Positions 10,831-21,503 of a DNA stretch of 64,000 nucleotides are shown piece after piece. Both the position numbers and the translations under genes were made by a program. Origin of the DNA: an uncultured Acidobacteriota bacterium. Its GTDB lineage: Bacteria; Acidobacteriota; Terriglobia; UBA7540. The notes under the pieces were generated by a model. The model worked only from the letters and a program-made list of their open reading frames with translations, did not search any database and was not told where the DNA came from. Numbering within the stretch: the first letter of the stretch is position 1; every line of letters starts with the position of its first letter. The stretch spans positions 96,001 to 160,000 of the forward strand of contig CAWDSK010000006.1 of the NCBI GenBank assembly GCA_963804995.1, written 5' to 3'.

Positions 10831-11898
10831 CGGTTTCGAGAGAGGGCACTGGACAACCGGCGACGATCATGGCAGGATGACTCTCGCTGACGAACTTGGA
10901 GGTCCTTTGACCGGGGCCACCAATGAAAAACCCCGGTTGGGCAAACAACCGGGGTTCTCCTCCTTACATCTCCAGGAACTCATCCTACCAAATCCCGCTG
11001 TCCCCGAACGCGCCTGCGGCGATGATATTCAAAGCCAAAACCGCCTGCGGCGATGAGGATGGCTCGCTCTCAATCCTCGGCCTGTGTTCAGATTTCTACG
11101 TTTCTAAGCGGGTGCCTACAAGTACCAGTGCTCGCCACGCAAAGCCTATTTATTGCTGGGAATCAATCCCGATTTTCGCGTCAACGTTTATCAGATGGCG
11201 CTGATAGGCAAGCTGCAATACACGGTGGGCGCGGAAATCTCCAAAAGGAACTTGACCGGCTGAGGTAAAGGGTAGCCGTCCCGCCCGCAACGGGATCGAT
11301 GGCCAGCGGATTGGCGGGGTCGTTGAATCCAACCTGATTGTTGGCCTGCAAGACTGAGTGAACACCATCCCTGCAGTGGCCGCCGGCAATGTACGATTGT
11401 ACGTTTACGCCACCCTGGTACGAATCATTGACAGTCCCCTACAACCGTGTACAAGGGGACTCTCGGCGATCTAACCCTTGCAACGTCGTCACCCGGCTTT
11501 GACGTCAGGATTGGCTTGGAGGCTGTTTAATCTGGCCAAAATGTCCGGGTTACTTCAAGAGTATATACGACGTTTTGTCGTCTTCCACCACTCCAGTGTG
11601 TCCCAGTTGTAGGCCAACGCGGGCCGTAGCGGCCCTTGTCCCACGTCTCCAGGCCGAAACCCAAGATCTTGGGTCAAACCCGCTCTTTTGATTCAAGTTA
11701 GGTTGGGTGTCCGCCGAAGATACAGTAGAGAGCTCAATTGCGGGTGTGGTGTTTCCGTACTGGCGGGGAAAAGACTGTGAGGAGTGGGTTCCGAGGTTAG
11801 AAGATAAACACCGAAAGTGCGAGGGGAGGGCTGGCCCCAATCGGAATAAGATTAACAAAAATCCGCGCCCTGCCCAGCCTGCTCGATTAGGACCCGAA

Positions 11899-14742
11899 AT
11901 GAAAAGGAGTTGGATGCAGACTTTTCGCGACTTCCCCGTCCGCCACAAGCTCATAGTGATCATGATGCTCTCGACCACCGTGGCTTTGGGGGCAGCGTGC
12001 GCAGCCGTGGGCATGTATGCGGGGCTCCGTTTCGAGCGCACCAGAAGCCGTGATCTGTCAGCCCTGGCGGAGATTATTGGCCAGGAGAGTAGTGCCCCCC
12101 TGGCCTCCGGCGATCGCCAGTCTGCCGCGGGGATTCTGTCAAACCTGGAGTCCAAGCCGAATATCCTCGCAGCCTGCCTATACTCCAAGGACGGAGAAGT
12201 CTTCGCGGAGTATCACCGGCGCGGCCTCTCAAGGTCGGTGCCTACGAAAGTGCTTGGGGGAGAGGAACAAATCACCCGTCTTGAACGGTTGGCCCTGGTC
12301 CGCCGCGTTTCCCGGGACGGTGAGAAGGTTGGAAGCCTTTACATTGAATCGGAAATCAAGGAGCGGAACGGCTGGTTCCTCCTCTACGCGGGAACAGCAG
12401 CCCTCATCCTATTAGGGACCCTCGGCATCATCTGGATTCTCTCCGCACTCCTCGGACGCCTCCTCTCCGACCCGATGTTGCACCTGGTTCAGACCATCCA
12501 GGCCGCTGCTAAGGAAAAGGGATTCTCTTTGCACCGGACCAGCAAAAGCAAGGAAGAACTAAGTTTGCTGTGGGATGTCTTCATCGGAATGATGGCGGAG
12601 ATCGAGGCGCGAGACAAGAAGCTCCACCAACATGGGGAAGATCTGGAAGCAGGAATCAAGGTGCGCACGGAAGAATTACAGGCCCAAAACCGCCAACTCC
12701 TCCTCGCCAAGGGTGAGGCGGAACGAGCCTGCCGCTCCCAAAGTGAATTCCTGGCCAACATGAGCCACGAAATCCGCACCCCCATGAATGCCATCATGGG
12801 AATGACCGACCTGGTTCTGGACAACGATTCCGACCCAACCCGGCGGGAGTACTTGCGCCTGGTGAAATCCTCAGCCGAGTCGCTGCTTACGGTCATCAAC
12901 GACATTCTGGATATCTCCAAGATCGAGGCGGGAAAACTGGACTTTGACCAGGTGGAGTTCAGCCTGCGCGATTGCCTGAGTGAGACCATGAAGGCCCTCG
13001 CGCTGCACACCCACGAAAAGGACCTGGAACTCACTTTCCGAGTGCAACCCGAAGTGCCGGATGGACTGCTAGGGGATCCCACTCGCCTCCGGCAGATCGT
13101 GGTCAACCTGGTCGGAAATGCCATCAAGTTTACGAATGAAGGGGGAGTCGCGTTCTCGGTGGGGGTCGAGTCAAACGACGTTCAGAACGTGCTCCTGCAT
13201 TTTTCTGTTGCTGATACCGGAATCGGCATTCCGACGGAGAAGCGGGCGGTCATTTTCGAAGCTTTCTCGCAAGCTGACCACTCCACCAGCCGCCGTTACG
13301 GGGGCACAGGGCTGGGGCTGACCATCTCCTCACGCCTGGTAGCTCTGATGGACGGGCGAATCTGGGTGGATAGCGAAGTTGGCAAGGGGAGTACCTTCCA
13401 TTTCACGCTCAAATTTCCTCGAGCCAAGAACCTTCATGCCTCGACTGTCATTGTGAATCCCGCCGCCTTGCGCGACATGCCGGCCCTGGTGGTTGACGAC
13501 AATGCGAGCAATCGCCTGTTGCTGGATGAGTTGCTTCGCCATTGGGGAATGAAACCTTCCCTGGCGGAGAGTGGAGAAGGCGGACTCTCCCTTTTGGAGC
13601 AAGCCAGCCAAACAGGGATTACGATTCCCCTCATCCTCCTGGACTGCCGGATGCCCGACATGGATGGCTTCACCTTTGCCAAACGTGTGAAAGCCAACCC
13701 CCATTTCAAAGGCGCCATCATCATGATGCTCACCTCCGGCGGTCAACGCGGAGACGCATCCCGGTGCCGGGAACTGCACATTGCCGCCTATCTGGTCAAG
13801 CCCATCCAGGAATCCGAACTCTTGGAAGCCATCCTCAGTGTCTTGGGGCATAAGGTGGAATCCCCCCCTCAGCAGCCCGCCCTGGTGACTCGCCATTCCC
13901 TAAGGCAAGACCGGCAGCACCTGAATATCCTTCTGGCTGAAGACAACGCGGTAAATCAGATCGTGGCGGTCCGGCTCCTCCAGAAGTTGGGACACAATGT
14001 GAGGGTGGTCGCCAACGGGCGTGAAGCCCTCACCCTGCTGGCGGAGCAGAAGTTCGATCTGATCATTATGGACGTGCAGATGCCGGAAATGGACGGATTT
14101 GAAACCACCCGCCTCATCCGCGAAAAGGAGGCGGCCACTGGCAAGCATTTGCCCATTATTGCCATGACGGCGCACGCCATGAAGGGTGACCGGGAACGTT
14201 GCCTGGCCGCCGGCATGGATCGGTACGTTGCGAAGCCGATTCGCCCGACAGAATTGTTTGAAGCCATCCAGCGAATCGCCCCGCAGTCCGAGCCTGCGCC
14301 TCCGCCTGCGACCCCTCCCCCTGCGGAGAATTGCATTGACTGGCCCGCCGCGTGGGCAAACCTGGAAGGAGACCGCGAACTTATGAGCGAGTTAGCCCGT
14401 CTGTTTCTTGATGACCTCCCACCACAGTTGGAGGCTATCCATAAGGCGGCGGAGATGACCCAGGGCGATGATTTGGAGCGGGTTGCTCACCGGCTGAAAA
14501 GTTCGGTGGGAAATTTTGCGGCGAGGTCGGCCTTCAAGGCTGCCTTCCATCTTGAGAAGGTCGCGCACGACGGGGATTTGAAACTGATTCCCGGAGCAGT
14601 AAGTGCTCTGGAAGCCGAACTCGAGCGCTTGCGGATCGAGTTGGAAAAGTGGGCGGAGAATTCCCCGGACTGGGCGACAGATTTTCCCCCTCCCGACGCT
14701 CCTGGCGCGGCGGAATCAGGTCTGCACGCAGGCCCTGGGTAA
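11899..14742 (+). CDS. Hybrid sensor histidine kinase (2 TM sensor, HisKA, HATPase, two REC, Hpt)
   Basis: H-box [31 protein letters not shown], receivers LLDCRMP and IMDVQMP, Hpt VAHRLKSS. Confidence 0.95.
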   Translation: MKRSWMQTFRDFPVRHKLIVIMMLSTTVALGAACAAVGMYAGLRFERTRSRDLSALAEIIGQESSAPLASGDRQSAAGILSNLESKPNILAACLYSKDGEVFAEYHRRGLSRSVPTKVLGGEEQITRLERLALVRRVSRDGEKVGSLYIESEIKERNGWFLLYAGTAALILLGTLGIIWILSALLGRLLSDPMLHLVQTIQAAAKEKGFSLHRTSKSKEELSLLWDVFIGMMAEIEARDKKLHQHGEDLEAGIKVRTEELQAQNRQLLLAKGEAERACRSQSEFLANMSHEIRTPMNAIMGMTDLVLDNDSDPTRREYLRLVKSSAESLLTVINDILDISKIEAGKLDFDQVEFSLRDCLSETMKALALHTHEKDLELTFRVQPEVPDGLLGDPTRLRQIVVNLVGNAIKFTNEGGVAFSVGVESNDVQNVLLHFSVADTGIGIPTEKRAVIFEAFSQADHSTSRRYGGTGLGLTISSRLVALMDGRIWVDSEVGKGSTFHFTLKFPRAKNLHASTVIVNPAALRDMPALVVDDNASNRLLLDELLRHWGMKPSLAESGEGGLSLLEQASQTGITIPLILLDCRMPDMDGFTFAKRVKANPHFKGAIIMMLTSGGQRGDASRCRELHIAAYLVKPIQESELLEAILSVLGHKVESPPQQPALVTRHSLRQDRQHLNILLAEDNAVNQIVAVRLLQKLGHNVRVVANGREALTLLAEQKFDLIIMDVQMPEMDGFETTRLIREKEAATGKHLPIIAMTAHAMKGDRERCLAAGMDRYVAKPIRPTELFEAIQRIAPQSEPAPPPATPPPAENCIDWPAAWANLEGDRELMSELARLFLDDLPPQLEAIHKAAEMTQGDDLERVAHRLKSSVGNFAARSAFKAAFHLEKVAHDGDLKLIPGAVSALEAELERLRIELEKWAENSPDWATDFPPPDAPGAAESGLHAGPG

Positions 14743-15504
14743 GAACTTCTCGAAGTTCTGAATAACCTGCTGCCCCACTTCTTCTTCGGTCAGATTGTGT
14801 AGCCGGGCGAGCTCCTGGGTGACGCCGCGCACATAGGCAGGCTCGTTGCGCTTGCCACGATAAGGCATGGGCGCCAGGTAAGGGCAATCCGTTTCGGTTA
14901 AGACCCGGTCCAAAGGAACCTCACGCGCCACCTCCCGCAGGGCCTCAGCCTTCTTGAACGTCAGGTTCCCCGCGAAAGAAACCAGAAAGCCCCACTCCAA
15001 GAACAGCCGGGCATCCTCAGAGCTTCCCGTAAAACAATGAAGAATTCCACCTAAGCCGGCGGAGTTCCAGTAGGTCGCAACCGCCTCACGGAGGTCAGGC
15101 CAGGCATCCCGGCAATGAATGATGATGGGCAGCCTGAGCCCCCGCGCCAGTTCCATCTGTTGAACCAACACGCGCTTCTGCACTTCGCGGGGTGAGTGGT
15201 CGTAGTAATAATCCAGACCGATTTCACCTATGGCAACCACCTTGGGATTTTCAGCGAGTTTGAGGATTTGTTCGGCATGCATGTCCGTGTAGTGGCGGGC
15301 TTCGTGGGGGTGAACTCCCACCGACGCGGAGACCCAATCACGCTGCGCGGCGATTTCAAGCGGCGAGTCCAGCCGGTCGGGACCCGTCCCCCCACCTGCC
15401 AGCAGCAGGTACCGAAGCCCCGCCGCACGCGCGCGTTCAATCACCGCCTCGCGGTCAGCATCAAAGGCGGAATCGTCCAAATGGGCGTGGGAATCAAGGA
15501 GCAC
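14716..15504 (-). CDS. tatD: TatD-family hydrolase/DNase
   Basis: [38 protein letters not shown]; probable GTG start at 15504. Confidence 0.95.
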   Translation of the reverse strand: MLLDSHAHLDDSAFDADREAVIERARAAGLRYLLLAGGGTGPDRLDSPLEIAAQRDWVSASVGVHPHEARHYTDMHAEQILKLAENPKVVAIGEIGLDYYYDHSPREVQKRVLVQQMELARGLRLPIIIHCRDAWPDLREAVATYWNSAGLGGILHCFTGSSEDARLFLEWGFLVSFAGNLTFKKAEALREVAREVPLDRVLTETDCPYLAPMPYRGKRNEPAYVRGVTQELARLHNLTEEEVGQQVIQNFEKFLPRACVQT

Positions 15505-15527
15505 TGTCCGTAGTCCGTGGTCAGTTG

Positions 15528-15737
15528 TCAGTTGCACTTTCCTCTGTCTTGAAAGCTCCCTCTCCCCGAACCCTCTGCGATATTAGCTCCAACGCTGTCC
15601 GCAGCGCAGACCATCTGCCTTCCCACAGTAGATTTGGGAAATTGTTCCCAGCCACTGACGATCGTCCATACTTCATCCGCAAGTCTTTCGCCCAGTTTGT
15701 ATACTTGCAGGTTCTCAAATTTGGTCCTCGCCGCCAT
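15528..15737 (-). pseudogene. Four-helix-bundle (23S rRNA IVP / TIGR02436-like) protein, C-terminally truncated
   Basis: FENLQVYK...QMVCAADSVGANIAEGSGRGS then stops; flanked by inverted heptamer-repeat arms at 15505-15539 and 15756-15789. Confidence 0.85.
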
Positions 15738-15806
15738 GGAAAAATCTTCTCCTACAAGTGCAACGGACAACGGACCACGGACAACTGACGAAGGGAGATC
15801 ACCCGA

Positions 15807-18056
15807 TTACTTCAGCCTGACTCCGTTCGGAACGTCTTCGCCAAAGGTGACCAGCACGGGGCGGCCTTCGGGGCCAATGGAGGCTGCCACGATCATACCA
15901 TTGGATTCCACGCCGCGAAGTTTGCGGGGTTGAAGATTCGTCACCACCACCACTTTCATGCCGATTAGTTTCTCCGGCGCGTAAAACTCCGCAATACCCG
16001 CGCAGACCTGGCGCACTTCGGTGCCTATATCCACCGTCAACTTCAGCAACTTCTTCGCCCCGGGGATGGCCTCGGCTGTTTTGATTTCGCCCGTGCGCAT
16101 TTCCACCTTGGCGAAATCTTCAATGGAGATTTGGCTAGGGACTGGGGGCTGGGGGCTAGGTGCTCGGTGCTGGGGGCTGGGGGTTTGTGGCACGGCCATC
16201 CTGGCCGTGTCTTCTTTCACGGGCTGGAAGCCCGTGCCACTTGAAGATTCAGGCGCAGGCGCCGCTTCGGGTGCTTTTTCTGTTTCCACGGGTTTCAATA
16301 CCTCCTTGGGTTTGTCGCGATTGCGGTCAGCCTCAGCCAGTTCTTCAAGTTTGGCGAGCGTGACAGCCTTGTCGAGCCGCGGGAAGACCGGTTCCGCCTT
16401 GCCAATCTTAGTGCCGGGTTTCAACTGGCCCCACTTGAGTTCGTCCAAGCGCTGGTCGGCCAGCTTGCCTTCGCAGCCCAATTGCTTCCAGATCCGCTCA
16501 GCGCCGGCGGGCAGCACCGGAGCGAGTAGCACCGCCGTGAAGCGCAGAGCCTCAGCGGCAGTAGAAAGAATCGCGGCGATTCGAACCTGATTACCATGAC
16601 GGTCCTGGTCGGCAAGCGTCCAAGGAGCGTTCTCGACAAGATACTTATTAACGTCACCGATGAATGCCCAGACATGGGCCAGTACAAACGACAAGTCAAA
16701 CCCCGTGAACCGCTCCATGACCGCAGCGTGGAGTCTGTCGGATGCTTCGACGATTTCCACGGTTCTGGAGTCCAGGGCAATGCGATTCTTGGCAAGCATC
16801 GCCCGGGCTCCCTCTTCACCCTTAATCGCAGCGTGGATAATCTCCCAGGGTACCGGAAGACGGGGAATCTCGGCGTTGCAATACCGGTTGATCATATTCA
16901 CTGTCCGGTTCGCCAGATTCCCCAAATCATTTGCCAGGTCCGCGTTGTACCGCTGGATGAAACCCTCATAGGAAAAACTGGTATCTTGCCCGAACGGCGC
17001 CTCGCGCAACAGGTAGTAACGCAGCGCGTCGTTGCCCGGCGCGCCGAAGGAGTCAAGCGCGTCCACGATCGGCTCAGGGTAGACCACGTTGCCCTTCGAC
17101 TTCGACATCTTATCCTGCTCATAGTAAATCCAGCCGTGCGCGAAGACGGTGGTCGGTAGCATCTCAGGTTGGTCGGGATAGGCAGCCATGATGAACGCCG
17201 GCCAATAGACGGCATGGAACCGCAGGATGTCCTTGCCCAGCATGTGCACCAGTTCTGACTCACCAGGTTTGTTCCGCCAGTATTTCTGAAACTCCATGCT
17301 TCCGTTTTCACCCTGCGCGTAGCCAATGCCCGTCATATAACTGGTGAGGGCGTCATACCAAACGTAAAACACCTGGTGGGGGTCATCGGGCCAGGGGATG
17401 CCCCACTTCAGGCGGCTCCGGCTGACCGAAATGTCGCGCAGGCCGCTTTTCACAAAGCTCTTGACTTCATTCATGCGGTAATCGGGCTTCACAAAATCAG
17501 GACGGCTCTGGTAGAGATCGAGAAGCGGTTTTTCAAACGCCGAGAGCTTGAAAAAGTAATTGTCTTCGCTGATCAGCTCCGCCGGGCGTCCGCAGATGTC
17601 GCAGTTCGCGGGTTCCGTGTTGTCGGAAACATAGCGCTCGTCCGAGACACAATAACGCCCCTCGTAGCGATGGGTGAAGATATAGCCATTTTCCCTGGCG
17701 CGAATCAGCATCCGTTGGACCGAGATGGTGTGGTCCGGATGGTCCGTGTAGATGAAGCGCAGAGAATTCTGGTCGTGCTCAGGATAAACCTTGACGGGGA
17801 TGCCAAGTTTCTCCCAGAGCTCGACAAACAATTTCCGCTTTTCTGCGACGAATTCGCTGGGCGATTGGCCCGCCGCGGTGGCCGCGCGTTCCAGCTTCTC
17901 GCCGTGCTCATCCGTGCCCGTGAGGAACGCCACATCATAACCGCACATGCGTTTGTAGCGTGCCAGCACGTCGCACACGATCGTGGTGTAAGCTGAGCCC
18001 ACGTGCGGCCGCGCGTTGGGATAGTAGATGGGAGTGGTGAGGAAAAACGTCTTCAT
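15807..18056 (-). CDS. metG: Methionine--tRNA ligase with C-terminal tRNA-binding domain
   Basis: TTPIYYPN..PHVGS (HIGH-like), GTDEHG, KMSKS, and C-terminal NLQPRKLRGVESNGMI. Confidence 0.98.
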   Translation of the reverse strand: MKTFFLTTPIYYPNARPHVGSAYTTIVCDVLARYKRMCGYDVAFLTGTDEHGEKLERAATAAGQSPSEFVAEKRKLFVELWEKLGIPVKVYPEHDQNSLRFIYTDHPDHTISVQRMLIRARENGYIFTHRYEGRYCVSDERYVSDNTEPANCDICGRPAELISEDNYFFKLSAFEKPLLDLYQSRPDFVKPDYRMNEVKSFVKSGLRDISVSRSRLKWGIPWPDDPHQVFYVWYDALTSYMTGIGYAQGENGSMEFQKYWRNKPGESELVHMLGKDILRFHAVYWPAFIMAAYPDQPEMLPTTVFAHGWIYYEQDKMSKSKGNVVYPEPIVDALDSFGAPGNDALRYYLLREAPFGQDTSFSYEGFIQRYNADLANDLGNLANRTVNMINRYCNAEIPRLPVPWEIIHAAIKGEEGARAMLAKNRIALDSRTVEIVEASDRLHAAVMERFTGFDLSFVLAHVWAFIGDVNKYLVENAPWTLADQDRHGNQVRIAAILSTAAEALRFTAVLLAPVLPAGAERIWKQLGCEGKLADQRLDELKWGQLKPGTKIGKAEPVFPRLDKAVTLAKLEELAEADRNRDKPKEVLKPVETEKAPEAAPAPESSSGTGFQPVKEDTARMAVPQTPSPQHRAPSPQPPVPSQISIEDFAKVEMRTGEIKTAEAIPGAKKLLKLTVDIGTEVRQVCAGIAEFYAPEKLIGMKVVVVTNLQPRKLRGVESNGMIVAASIGPEGRPVLVTFGEDVPNGVRLK

Positions 18057-19552
18057 GCGCCGGCTGCCTTCTCACTTTGCTGGAGGTAAGCCGCCTCCGC
18101 CGCTGCCATCACCTGCTTGAGCGGCACAGATTTCTCCGCAGCCAGGCGCTGGCAATCTTCGAACTCCGGCGCCACGTTCAACACCTTCCCTTCCCGCCGC
18201 GCCACCTTGACGTTCACCGAACCGTAAGGCGTTTCCACCGACACCTGCTCGCGCTCAAGCACTTTCCGCCGCGCTTCGTGGATTCGTACCCCGATGGTGG
18301 TGGTCTGTTCAAAGAGAAGCTGGGAGAGCGCATCCGTCTTGGTCGATTCACAAAGGATGCTGATGGTCAGGCCCGGCCGATTCTTTTTCATCTGGGCGGA
18401 ACTGCACGTCACATCGAGCGCCCCCGCAGCCAGCGCCTGTTCCAGGAAGTAGCCGTAAAGCTGCGGGCTCATGTCGTCCACATTGGCTTCGATAATCGAA
18501 ACTATCTCGTCAGCGTAAGGTGTTTCTATCGTTACCTGCTCGCGCTCCGGTACTTTCCGTCGCGCTTCAGAGATGCGTACGCCCAGGGTGGGGGTCTGGT
18601 CGAAGAGCAACTGCGAAAGCGCGTCACTCTTGCCGGGTTCGCAGAGGATGCTGATGGCGAGGCCGGGCCGATTCTCTTTCAACCGGGCTGAGCTACACGT
18701 GACGTCAAGAGCGCCCGCGGCCAGAGCCTGTTCCAGAAAGGTCGCGTAATGTTGCGGGCTCATTTCATTGACGTTGGCTTCGATCATGGAAACGATCTCG
18801 TCACCGGGCAGCCCGGGCTGGCCGGCGTCGGCTTCCAGGCGCTCGCCGATGAAAAGACGCGCAATGTTCGGGTGGCCCGCGAAGTCCTTTTCCCCGGCTC
18901 CGTAGCCGATTCGCTCCACCTTCATTGCCGGTAGCGGGCCGAACCCGGAAGCCAGCGTGGTAACCAGGGCAGCGCCCGTGGGCGTGACCAATTCACCCGC
19001 TACGCCCGAGGAATACACCGGGACGTCCTTCAACAATTCTGAAGTGGCCGGAGCAGGCACCGGTAGTGAGCCGTGAGCCGCATCAACCTGCCCGCCCCCC
19101 ACGTTCAAAGGCGAACAAACCAAATCGGAAATCTCGAGCAACTCGAGGCCCACGCACGTCCCCACGATATCGAGGATGGCATCAACCGCGCCGACTTCGT
19201 GGAAGTGGATTTCGTCCGGAGGCATGCTGTGGAGCCTCCCTTCGACTTCGGCCAAGCGGTTGAAAACCTGGAGGGCCCGGCCCGCCGCCTTCTCCGGCAG
19301 CGCTGCCTGTGCGATTAGAGCCTGGATGTCGCCCAGGGTGCGGTGGGGTTGATCGCCGGGCACCCGGATATCCACACGCGCGCCCACTATGCCGCCGCGT
19401 ATGGCGCGCGTCCGCTTGAATTCGTAAAAACCCAGGTGGAGCTTCTTCAATTCCGCAAACAGCCGATCGACGGAAACTCCCCCGTCAATCAATACGGCGA
19501 GAAACATATCGCCACTAATGCCAGAGGAACAATCCAGGTAGGCCTGTCTCAT
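18053..19552 (-). CDS. larC: Nickel pincer cofactor biosynthesis protein LarC with an internal 97-aa duplication
   Basis: YLDCSSGISGDM, IHFHEVGAVDAILD, LPVPAPAT, ELVTPTGAA, MKKNRPG, PEFEDC. Confidence 0.95.
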   Translation of the reverse strand: MRQAYLDCSSGISGDMFLAVLIDGGVSVDRLFAELKKLHLGFYEFKRTRAIRGGIVGARVDIRVPGDQPHRTLGDIQALIAQAALPEKAAGRALQVFNRLAEVEGRLHSMPPDEIHFHEVGAVDAILDIVGTCVGLELLEISDLVCSPLNVGGGQVDAAHGSLPVPAPATSELLKDVPVYSSGVAGELVTPTGAALVTTLASGFGPLPAMKVERIGYGAGEKDFAGHPNIARLFIGERLEADAGQPGLPGDEIVSMIEANVNEMSPQHYATFLEQALAAGALDVTCSSARLKENRPGLAISILCEPGKSDALSQLLFDQTPTLGVRISEARRKVPEREQVTIETPYADEIVSIIEANVDDMSPQLYGYFLEQALAAGALDVTCSSAQMKKNRPGLTISILCESTKTDALSQLLFEQTTTIGVRIHEARRKVLEREQVSVETPYGSVNVKVARREGKVLNVAPEFEDCQRLAAEKSVPLKQVMAAAEAAYLQQSEKAAGA

Positions 19553-19634
19553 ATTAACCTCGGTAAGATTTCTCCCGCCGGGCCCCGCAGAACCCAATCG
19601 GCGAGTTCATCAGCAGGAGTCGGGTCAGGATTTA

Positions 19635-19844
19635 TTACGGCCAGTCGTACCACTCCCAGACCAGCCGGGGATTGCTCCGGAAGGCCTCCGGAGTAGCGAG
19701 CTTCTCCGGCGCAAAATTCCTCCACAGGCCATTCGGCCCCCGAAACGTCGGGATCCCACTCTCGGCGGAGATGCCTGCCCCCGTGAAGGCTACGATTCGC
19801 GCCGCCTCCAGAGCCGCTCGCAAGGTCCCCAGCAGGTCATCCAC
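19635..19844 (-). pseudogene. cobB: Sirtuin (CobB-like NAD-dependent deacylase) N-terminal fragment
   Basis: [17 protein letters not shown] and [16 protein letters not shown], then stop after 69 aa with no room for the rest before larC. Confidence 0.85.
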
Positions 19845-20135
19845 AAGGATTTATAATGCCCGGCAAGAAATTCTGCCGAAAATCCGATAGTATGCTCTAC
19901 CGCAAAAGGTGTCAATGCGGTGCGGCATGGAGTCCGACCGAGACCGAATGTCAGGATTCAGCCGCTGGGTGTCGGCAAAGGGCGAAATTCGAAGCTCGAA
20001 ACTCGCCCAGTTGGCCATCCCCCGTAAGTTGGAATCCCTGCCCTCAGGCACCGTGCCTTCGCAGGGATGACTTGGACCTCATCGAATTTCGAACTTCGAT
20101 TTTCGAATTTCGCTTTTTGACAAAGGAGACCTGGA

Positions 20136-21041
20136 ATGGAGAACCTTAATCGTCGTCGCTTTTTGCAAGTTACTGCGGCCGCCGGGACAGCGGGCCTGGT
20201 GGCAAGCGTTCCCGCCGCGCCGGCCGGACAGCACATGCGGATGGGACTCATCATTAATATTTCCAAGGACGCGGACGGCAAGCTCAAACTGGTTCATGAT
20301 CTCGGCATCCCCACGTGCCAGGCCCAGACCGATGATTTCTCAGATTCAGTTTATAACGCCCTGAAGGCCGCCAGCGAGAAGCATGGCATCGAGATTACGG
20401 CTATGAATGCTTCCGGGGGCCCGCCCAATGTGTATGATTTTTACCAGGGCCCCTTGACGATTGGTGTCGTGCCGAAAAAATACCGACGGCAACGAATCGA
20501 TAACTTCAAGCGTGCCTCTGATTTCGCCAAGCGGCTGGGCGTGCCCGCCTTCCACACGCATTATGGTTTTATCCCGGAAAATCCCAATGATCCCGAGTAT
20601 CAGGGCGTAGTGGAGGCGCTGCGCGAGGTCGCCACTCATATCAAAGGCAACGGCCAGATTATGCTTTACGAGACGGGCCAGGAAACGCCCATCACCATGC
20701 TCCGTGCTATCACCGACGTTGGGCTGGATAACCAATTCGTAAACCTGGACACCGCCAACCTGATCCTCTACGGGAAGGGCAATCCTCTGGATGCTCTTGA
20801 TGTGCTGGGTAAGCTGGTGCGCGGTGTTCATGCCAAGGATGGACTCTTTCCCACCGACCCCAGGCAACTTGGCCGTGAAGTGCCCATTGGAGAGGGTAAA
20901 GCGAATTTCCCCAAACTGATTCCGCGCCTGAAAGAGCTGGGATATACGGGGGCGCTGACTATCGAACGCGAAATCTCCGGACCCCGGCAGCTTGAGGACA
21001 TTAAGAAGGAAAAGGCGTTTCTTGAAAAACTGATTGCTTGA
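20136..21041 (+). CDS. Tat-exported sugar phosphate isomerase/epimerase (TIM barrel)
   Basis: NRRRFLQ Tat signal; YETGQE, NLDTAN, VHAKDG, TIEREI. Confidence 0.9.
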   Translation: MENLNRRRFLQVTAAAGTAGLVASVPAAPAGQHMRMGLIINISKDADGKLKLVHDLGIPTCQAQTDDFSDSVYNALKAASEKHGIEITAMNASGGPPNVYDFYQGPLTIGVVPKKYRRQRIDNFKRASDFAKRLGVPAFHTHYGFIPENPNDPEYQGVVEALREVATHIKGNGQIMLYETGQETPITMLRAITDVGLDNQFVNLDTANLILYGKGNPLDALDVLGKLVRGVHAKDGLFPTDPRQLGREVPIGEGKANFPKLIPRLKELGYTGALTIEREISGPRQLEDIKKEKAFLEKLIA

Positions 21042-21312
21042 GGCGCGCTGACAAGGCCGCGAGGAATTCAGTCCGCTTACACATTGCGGGTAGAATCCAC
21101 CTTAGGCAGGACCAGCGCATCAACTGCCCTGCTCCTGCAAGTTGTGGTCGCGCGGCATCGATGTTCAGGCTCGTCCTGCTTTTTGGGGTTTACGAAAAGG
21201 GGCGGCGTGATGTAGTTTTGTAAAGGTAGTTTCCGTAGGGTCCTTCTGTTGCCTTCCATTCACCTCGCGTCCAGGCTGCCGTGGCCATGACGCGCGTGTG
21301 AATGGGATAGGC

Positions 21313-21387
21313 GGGCCGGTAGCTCAATGGTAGAGCACTGCCCTTTTAAGGCAGGGGTTCTGGGTTCGAATCCCAGCCGGCTCACCA
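21313..21387 (+). tRNA. tRNA-Lys(TTT)
   Basis: Cloverleaf; anticodon arm CTGCC-CTTTTAA-GGCAG, T-loop GGTTCGAATCC, encoded CCA. Confidence 0.97.
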
Positions 21388-21503
21388 CCTGACTAAGGCA
21401 GAAGAATTACCACCAAGGCACAAAGACACCAAGAAATCACAGGGCAGTTCGCTTGCTTCTCGAGGTATGCCCCGCCGGGTGTCCAAGTGGTTCATCGTTT
21501 GAA

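Larger units (their letters stand above)
7719..11120 (-). mobile_element. IS21-family element, 3402 bp, with two accessory ORFs
   Basis: Terminal IRs TGTCGGCGCGCATTTAAAAACGTAGAAATTTGAACAGAGG and (reverse complement) TGTAGGCACCCGCTTAGAAACGTAGAAATCTGAACACAGG; 5-bp TSD AGTAC at 7714-7718 and 11121-11125. Confidence 0.95.
6873..11263 (+). pseudogene. Acetamidase/formamidase family gene interrupted by IS21
   Basis: 5' part 6873-7718 has NPVTGPVFVEG, GGNLD and GDVHACQGDTE motifs. 3' part resumes after 11120 as EYQCSPRKAYLLLGINPDFRVNVYQMALIGKLQYTVGAEISKRNLTG* (stop 11261-11263). Confidence 0.92.

Noticed and set aside
11270..11890. Riboswitch upstream of the hybrid kinase
   Set aside because: No riboswitch consensus recognised by eye; an Rfam scan would be needed.
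15528..15737. Avd gene of a diversity-generating retroelement
   Set aside because: No RT gene and no TR/VR pair with adenine-specific mismatches were seen.
18221..18802. larC duplication as a DGR TR/VR pair
   Set aside because: Differences involve all bases and both copies are in-frame coding sequence.
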